Shown piece after piece: positions 58,966-64,000 of a stretch of DNA of 64,000 nucleotides (within the stretch, counting starts at the first letter, position 1; each line of letters begins with the position of its first letter). The notes under the pieces were generated by a model, which had not been told where the DNA came from, did no database searches, and worked only from the letters and a program-made list of their open reading frames with translations. Source of the stretch: Candidatus Aminicenantes bacterium (GTDB lineage: Bacteria; Acidobacteriota; Aminicenantia; Aminicenantales; UBA4085); the NCBI GenBank assembly GCA_026393895.1, contig JAPKZG010000043.1:7761-71760 (forward strand), given 5' to 3'. A program made the translations under genes and the position numbers.

Positions 58966-60797
58966 CGTCCGTTTTCCTCCTCTTCTGGGAACTGAAGATC
59001 GTGAAGTTTCCGGTAGATGCCGCGGGGCTTGCGGACAAGCTCGTCGTGGGACCCGGATTCGACGATCCGCCCGCCGTCGATGACCAGGATGGTGTCGGCG
59101 TTCCGGATCGTGGACATCCGGTGGGCGACGACGAAGGTCGTCCGGTTTTTCATGATACGGGTCAGCGCCTGCTGGATCAAGCGCTCGGATTCGGAATCCA
59201 GGGCCGAGGTCGCCTCGTCCAGGATCAGAATCGGCGGGTCCTTGAGCAACGCCCGGGCCAGGGCCAGCCGCTGGCGCTGGCCGACGGACAAAATTCCCCC
59301 GCGCTCGCCGATCACCGTGTCGTAGCCCTGGGGAAGCTCCGTGATGAACTCGTGGCACTCGGCCGCCTTGGCCGATTCGACGATCCTTTCCAAGGGGACG
59401 TCGTCCAGGCCGTAGGCGATGTTGGCCCGGACCGTGTCGTTGAACAGGACGATCTCCTGGGTCACCAGCCCGATCTGGGACCGGAGGGAGGCCACCGTGA
59501 CGTCGCGGATATTGTTCCCGTCGATCGTGATCGTCCCGGACGTGGCCTCGTAAAAACGACCGATGAGGTTGACGATCGTCGTCTTCCCCGCCCCGCTCAG
59601 GCCGACCAGGGCGACGGTTTCGCGCGGCTTGGTTTCGAAATCGACGTCAAACAACACCGGACGGTCGGCCAGATAGGCGAAGCCGACGCGGTCGAACCGG
59701 ACCCGTCCCTGAATCGCCGGCATCGGGTAGGCGTCCGGCCGGTCCTCGATTTCCTGGGGCATGTTGAGGACTTCCTGGACGCGGTCGTAACAGGCCACGG
59801 CCTGTTGGACGACGTTGTTGGCCCGGCTCAGCCGCTTGATCGGGGTGAACATGTAAAAAATGGTCGAGACGAAAACACCGAAATCGCCCGGGCTGATCTG
59901 GTTTTTAGCGATCCGGTCGGCCCCCACGACCAGGATGAAGGCCCCCACCACACCCCCGATGAATTCCATGAACGGCGAGGACAGGGACGACACCCAGGCC
60001 AGCTTCAGGTTGATGCGGTAATACCGCCAGGACGCCTTGAGGAACTTGCGGAGCTCAAAACCCTCCATCGTGAAGGCCTTGACGATCCGGTTTCCGGTGA
60101 CGGTTTCGTGGATCAGGTTATAGATATCGGACATCTTGAGCTGGCTTTTTCGTCCCTGTTTCTTGAGCTGGCGGCTGAAGGCGGCCATCGGGATAACGGC
60201 CAGCGGCGCGATGACGAAGGCCACCAGGGCCATTTTCCAGTCATTGAGAAACAAGGTCAGCAGGAGGCCGATCAGGACGAAGCTCTCCTCGAATATGTCG
60301 CTCATGGCCGTCCCGACGGCCTGCTGGATTCGGTCGACATCGTTCGTCAGGCGCGACATGAGGTCGCCGGTCGTCGCCCTGTCGAAAAATCCGGACGATT
60401 GGCTGAGGATATGGGCGTAGAGGTCGTCGCGCATTTTCTTGACGACTTTGTTGCCCACTGCTTTCATGAAAAACGAGGAGAAAAACGTGAAGAGCCCTTT
60501 GCCGAAAATGACGATGATCAAAACCAGGGGCAACGCCTTTTTGATGCCGGCGCGATCGATGCGCAGGAGTTTCCAGAGAAGGTCCAGCACGCGGACCTTG
60601 GTCTCGGCCGCCGCCGCCCCGGACGCCGGCGCGGCGGATACGGAAACCGCCGCCGGATTGGCCTTGAACATCTCATCGATGACCGGCTGGACGAGGTTCA
60701 TCATGATCGCGGTGAAGAGGGCGACGCCGAAGGTGGAAAGCAGGGCCAGGGTCACCCATTTCTTTTCCCGGAGGGTGAGCTTGAGGAGTTCGAACAT
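58962..60797 (-). CDS. ABC transporter ATP-binding/permease protein (MsbA/lipid-exporter type)
   Basis: start MFELLKL at ATG 60797..60795; 6 TM plus NBD (GLSGAGKTT, LSVGQRQRLALARA, ILILDEATSALD). Confidence 0.85.
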   Translation of the reverse strand: MFELLKLTLREKKWVTLALLSTFGVALFTAIMMNLVQPVIDEMFKANPAAVSVSAAPASGAAAAETKVRVLDLLWKLLRIDRAGIKKALPLVLIIVIFGKGLFTFFSSFFMKAVGNKVVKKMRDDLYAHILSQSSGFFDRATTGDLMSRLTNDVDRIQQAVGTAMSDIFEESFVLIGLLLTLFLNDWKMALVAFVIAPLAVIPMAAFSRQLKKQGRKSQLKMSDIYNLIHETVTGNRIVKAFTMEGFELRKFLKASWRYYRINLKLAWVSSLSSPFMEFIGGVVGAFILVVGADRIAKNQISPGDFGVFVSTIFYMFTPIKRLSRANNVVQQAVACYDRVQEVLNMPQEIEDRPDAYPMPAIQGRVRFDRVGFAYLADRPVLFDVDFETKPRETVALVGLSGAGKTTIVNLIGRFYEATSGTITIDGNNIRDVTVASLRSQIGLVTQEIVLFNDTVRANIAYGLDDVPLERIVESAKAAECHEFITELPQGYDTVIGERGGILSVGQRQRLALARALLKDPPILILDEATSALDSESERLIQQALTRIMKNRTTFVVAHRMSTIRNADTILVIDGGRIVESGSHDELVRKPRGIYRKLHDLQFPEEEENGR

Positions 60798-60808
60798 CGC
60801 GTCCCGCC

Positions 60809-61837
60809 CTAGCGGGTTTCGACCCCCAAGATTTTCCGGGCCAATTCGAAGGCATTCAAGGCCGCCCCGCGCGTCAGGTTGTCGGCGACCAGCCAGATCC
60901 AAAACGCCTTGGGGTTGTCGGGTTCCCGTTTGATCTGCCCAACGAAGATTTCGTCTTTGCCGGAGACTTTAAGCGGCGTAGCCTCACAGGACGTCCGAAA
61001 CGGAGTCATCTTGAACGGTGCGGATTTGAGCAGGGCTTCGATTTCCGCGATGTCCGCTTCATCTTTCAGTTCGAAGTAGGTCATCACCGAATACGTGTGA
61101 AAAACGGGGACCTGGATAATGGAAAGAACCAGGGGAAATTCCGGCCGCCCGAGGACCCGCCGGATTTCGGTGACGAGCCGCCGCTCCAGAGAAGTGAAGC
61201 CGTCCCCGTCCAACGGGTCGGTATGGGACAGGATATTGAAGGCGATCTGTTCCTTGAAGACCTTCGTCTTGGGAATAGAGCTGTTCAGCAGTGCGACGCT
61301 CTGGCTGGCCAATTCCTGAATGCCCGCGTCATCAAAGGCCGAAACCGGCCGGAGGACGAAGGACACGGCCCGTTTGAGGCCGAACTTGGGAACGATCCGG
61401 TGAAACAAGCCGGACAAGATGATCGTCACGGCGTGCGGATTGGCCAGCAACGGCGGAATCGAGGTTTTCAGCGTGTCGTCGTTGACCCCGGAGACGATCA
61501 GGGGCACGTTTTCCCGGTCGTTGAATGTTTCGCTGAGGTCGATGGCCTTGAACCGGCCCGCCAGAGCCAGTTTGCCCATCGCCTCGGAGGTTTCCGCGTC
61601 GGAAGCGAGAAAGACGAGATCTTTTCCCTCGAGGGCCGCCGGCGCCAAACTGTGGACGACCATCGGCTCCTTTTTAAATTGGGTCAGCTTACTGTAATCT
61701 TCCTGGACTTCGGGGTCGAAAAGCTCGATTTCAAAGGCCGGGAACTTCTTTTGGGCAAGAATGTTCTTGATTTCCTGGCCACGGAGAGAGCCGGTCCCGA
61801 CAAGCGCCAACCGGTGTTTCGATTTCGTCTTGGTCAT
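60809..61837 (-). CDS. aspartate-semialdehyde dehydrogenase family protein lacking the catalytic cysteine (USG-1-like)
   Basis: 342 aa; aligns along its length to Asd (IAFN, IQVPVFHTYS, IFVGQIKRE, WLVADNLTRGAALNA) but active-site ANPNCST is ANPHAVT. Confidence 0.7.
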   Translation of the reverse strand: MTKTKSKHRLALVGTGSLRGQEIKNILAQKKFPAFEIELFDPEVQEDYSKLTQFKKEPMVVHSLAPAALEGKDLVFLASDAETSEAMGKLALAGRFKAIDLSETFNDRENVPLIVSGVNDDTLKTSIPPLLANPHAVTIILSGLFHRIVPKFGLKRAVSFVLRPVSAFDDAGIQELASQSVALLNSSIPKTKVFKEQIAFNILSHTDPLDGDGFTSLERRLVTEIRRVLGRPEFPLVLSIIQVPVFHTYSVMTYFELKDEADIAEIEALLKSAPFKMTPFRTSCEATPLKVSGKDEIFVGQIKREPDNPKAFWIWLVADNLTRGAALNAFELARKILGVETR

Positions 61838-61880
61838 GGAGAGAACGAGAGCGCCAGAATACCATATTCGCCCTGTTGAT

Positions 61881-62864
61881 TCAATTTTCGCGATTGGCGG
61901 AAAACGTTTCTAAAAGCCGGTCGGCCAGGCGGGACCAGGTAAAATCCCGGATCCGGGCGGCGCCGGCTTCAGCCAGGCGGCGGCGGAGCGTGGCGTCGAG
62001 AATCAGGCGCTCCAGGCGGCGACGAATGAGCCCGGCCAAGGGAAAAGGGGCGACGAGGGCCGTCCGGCCGTTTTCAGCGAAATCACGGCTTCCGTTGGGA
62101 GTACAGACAACCGGAACTCCGCAGGCCATCGCCTCGGCCGCGGTGTTGGCCCAGCCGGCCCGCTTTTCGGCCATCGCGAAGACATCCGCCTGCCCGAAGA
62201 GCCAGGCCATCTTATCCTGGGGTAAATTCAAGTGAAACTCGTGGGGAACCCGGGTGTTGATCAGGGGCCGGGGGTCCCGGCGATCCTCACCGACCAGGGT
62301 GTCGAAAAAGATGAGTTTCAGGTTCGGATGCCGCCGGGCGAGGCCGTCCACCGCCCTGATGACGATAGGGACGCCTTTGCAACGTTTGTAAATCCGCCCG
62401 AAACAGAGGATGTTGAACGTCTCCCTTGGTTCGGGATGTTCCAGCGGGTGAAAGATCGCCGGGTTGACTCCGCCGGGAGCTCGAGTCACCTTCAGGCCGT
62501 ATTTCCGCTCCAAGCGGAGGCAAACCGCCTCGGAACTGCCGAGAAAGCGATACGGCCGCCGAGCGACTTCCCGTTCCATTTTGTGGCCTATGAGAACGAA
62601 ATAAAAATACTTGTCCTTGGCCCGGACCCGGTCGAAATGCGCAAGGATCGAATACTCGCCGCACATCGCAACGTCGAAGGATTCCGCGTCCAGGGCGGAA
62701 AAAGAGCGCGTTTCGCCCAGGAATTCGAGCCAGTCCGGCCGGGTCCCGGCCGGGTGAAACAGGGTGAAGGCGTGCCCTTTCCGGACGAACTCGTTCCCGA
62801 GTTCGATGTACCGGCGGACGCCTCCGAACACCTGGACGTGAGGCAGCAGGGCGGCGATTTTCAT
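61881..62864 (-). CDS. GT4-family (GT-B fold) glycosyltransferase
   Basis: 327 aa; C-terminal glycos_transf_1-like region with E...E motif context. Confidence 0.8.
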   Translation of the reverse strand: MKIAALLPHVQVFGGVRRYIELGNEFVRKGHAFTLFHPAGTRPDWLEFLGETRSFSALDAESFDVAMCGEYSILAHFDRVRAKDKYFYFVLIGHKMEREVARRPYRFLGSSEAVCLRLERKYGLKVTRAPGGVNPAIFHPLEHPEPRETFNILCFGRIYKRCKGVPIVIRAVDGLARRHPNLKLIFFDTLVGEDRRDPRPLINTRVPHEFHLNLPQDKMAWLFGQADVFAMAEKRAGWANTAAEAMACGVPVVCTPNGSRDFAENGRTALVAPFPLAGLIRRRLERLILDATLRRRLAEAGAARIRDFTWSRLADRLLETFSANREN

Positions 62865-62925
62865 CGGCTTATGACTCGCGCATTATTCTACCAAAGGACC
62901 GTTTCCCCCGCCATGCCCAGGCTTA

Positions 62926-62954
62926 TTGACAACAAGGGCTCAAAAAAATATACT
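62926..62954 (+). promoter_or_regulatory. near-consensus sigma70 promoter TTGACA-17-TATACT driving tRNA-Phe
   Basis: ttgacaacaagggctcaaaaaaatatact, ~30 bp upstream of the tRNA 5' end. Confidence 0.5.
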
Positions 62955-62984
62955 GAGGCCCGCTTCCGACGACACCCCTGCAAT

Positions 62985-63057
62985 GGCTAGGTAGCTCAGT
63001 CGGTAGAGCGAAGGACTGAAAATCCTTGCGTCGGCGGTTCAATTCCGTCCCTAGCCA
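62985..63057 (+). tRNA. tRNA-Phe (anticodon GAA)
   Basis: 73-nt cloverleaf: acceptor GGCTAGG/CCTAGCC, D-arm GCTCAGTCGGTAGAGC, anticodon stem AAGGA/TCCTT with loop CTGAAAA, T-arm GGCGGTTCAATTCCGTC, discriminator A; CCA not encoded. Confidence 0.9.
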
Positions 63058-63110
63058 TTCCCCCTCTTCCCAGGGAAATCCGCTTTATTTAACGTCCGCA
63101 GGTTACTCGT

Positions 63111-63728
63111 CTAGCCCTGCGGGCGAGCTCGTCCCGGCGTAATCCAGGCCGTCACCCGCCAGACGAGAAACGCCAGCAGCGTTCCACAAAGCGCCCCGCC
63201 GAGGACATCCAGGGGGAAGTGGGCCCCCGCGTAAATCCGGGAATAGCCGATCGCCGCCGCCCCAAAAAATGCCCACGCGTATTTCCGCCCGAAGAATAGC
63301 GTCATGAGCGTCGCGACGGCGAACGCCGTCCAGCTGTGTCCCGATGGGAAGGAAGCGTCGGGGAGGCGGGGACCAACCGTATGGACCGCAAACGACCGCG
63401 ACATATCGGCCAGCTGCACGCCGGCCTCCGGCGCCTTGAAATAAATCGACGGACGGGGGTGATTCAGCGCCTCCTTGATCTCGGGAATCAATAATCCGCC
63501 CGCGGTCAGGGCCACAGCCGACGCGGCAAGAATCACTCCTATCCGGTTTTTCTTCGCCTTGAGCAGAATGAAGACAAAAAACGCGGGGACGATCCCCCAA
63601 TAACTGCCGAACGCGCTCAGGCTCCAAAAGACCGGATCAAAGGCCGCCGAATGATGGGAGTTGATGAATTTGAAAAGCGTCTGGTCCCAGCCGATCAGCG
63701 GCAGCAAGGCCGCCGGCAGGCCCTTCAT
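63111..63728 (-). CDS. PAP2-family membrane phosphatase
   Basis: KxxxxxxRP (KEALNHPRP), PSGH, SRxxxxxHxxxD (SRIYAGAHFPLD) motifs; multiple TMs. Confidence 0.85.
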   Translation of the reverse strand: MKGLPAALLPLIGWDQTLFKFINSHHSAAFDPVFWSLSAFGSYWGIVPAFFVFILLKAKKNRIGVILAASAVALTAGGLLIPEIKEALNHPRPSIYFKAPEAGVQLADMSRSFAVHTVGPRLPDASFPSGHSWTAFAVATLMTLFFGRKYAWAFFGAAAIGYSRIYAGAHFPLDVLGGALCGTLLAFLVWRVTAWITPGRARPQG

Positions 63729-64000
63729 CCGTGGGACGCCTCGACGCCCGGCAACTTTGCCCCTTTGCTGTTTTTTGCCATCAACCTATTCTCCCGTAAC
63801 GATAAAATTTCTGTTGCCGATTGGCAAATGACTATATCGCTTGCCGTGGAGAAGTGTCAAGGCGACGGAAATAGAAAGGCGGGGGCGGCTTCGAGCCGCC
63901 CCCGCGTCCCGATCCGAGAAGCCGTCAGGAAACCGGGGAATCCGGAGGATTCGTTCCCTGAATCCGATTCTCTTTCGGTTTCAAGCCGCTGATTTTTGCT

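Noticed and set aside
58087-59358. Full 423-aa extent of the yicC ORF
   Set aside because: The first ~130 codons overlap the upstream ABC transporter gene and are Arg/Pro-rich; the conserved YicC N-terminus MIQSMTGFA begins at 58965, which also creates an ATGA coupling with the upstream stop.
59001-60812. 603-aa + strand ORF
   Set aside because: Antisense to the MsbA-like ABC transporter gene.

Overview
A 64-kb, high-GC (roughly 60-65%), gene-dense bacterial chromosomal segment. No integrase, transposase, CRISPR array or rRNA is visible. Taxonomy cannot be assigned from sequence alone; the combination of TAT-secreted Gfo/Idh/MocA oxidoreductases with DUF1080 proteins, a giant Reg_prop hybrid kinase and type IV pilus genes suggests an Acidobacteria-like or PVC-like soil/sediment organism, but this is inference. 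Read left to right, the window contains: an S9 (DPP-IV-like) peptidase fragment (- strand, running off the left edge); a long class II aldolase; a 1730-aa orphan hybrid sensor kinase (Reg_prop beta-propellers, Y_Y_Y, GAF, PAS, HisKA/HATPase, two REC) ending 6 bp from a convergent ettA; an M28 peptidase; a duplicated module of TAT-secreted Gfo/Idh/MocA oxidoreductases paired with DUF1080 (3-keto-glycoside hydrolase-like) proteins, one of them fused to a roughly 700-aa HEAT-repeat region; ferritin; a membrane-anchored SAM methyltransferase; a sensor GGDEF cyclase; alpha-glucan phosphorylase; a TolC/MFP/RND efflux operon; convergent nikR; a POT-family peptide transporter; hutH; a roughly 1.7-kb low-GC cassette bounded by 25-bp perfect direct repeats that encodes a secreted 7-bladed beta-propeller-like repeat protein; an ECF sigma / zinc-finger anti-sigma operon co-transcribed with two secreted proteins sharing a novel C-terminal domain; an RRM protein; an ABC-2 exporter; sppA; ftsB-like plus a PGM/PMM enzyme; an OMP; coaD; pilMNOPQ followed by two lipoproteins; priA, a family-4 UDG, coaBC, gmk, yicC, an MsbA-like ABC transporter, an Asd-family protein lacking the catalytic Cys (USG-1-like), a GT4 glycosyltransferase, tRNA-Phe(GAA) and a PAP2 phosphatase. 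Three unusually long intergenic regions (30.2-30.8, 39.1-39.6 and 45.5-45.9 kb) carry members of a family of GC-rich hairpin-forming repeats. The strongest candidates for something undescribed are the direct-repeat-bounded low-GC cassette, the ECF-sigma-linked pair of secreted proteins, and the dispersed structured repeat family.
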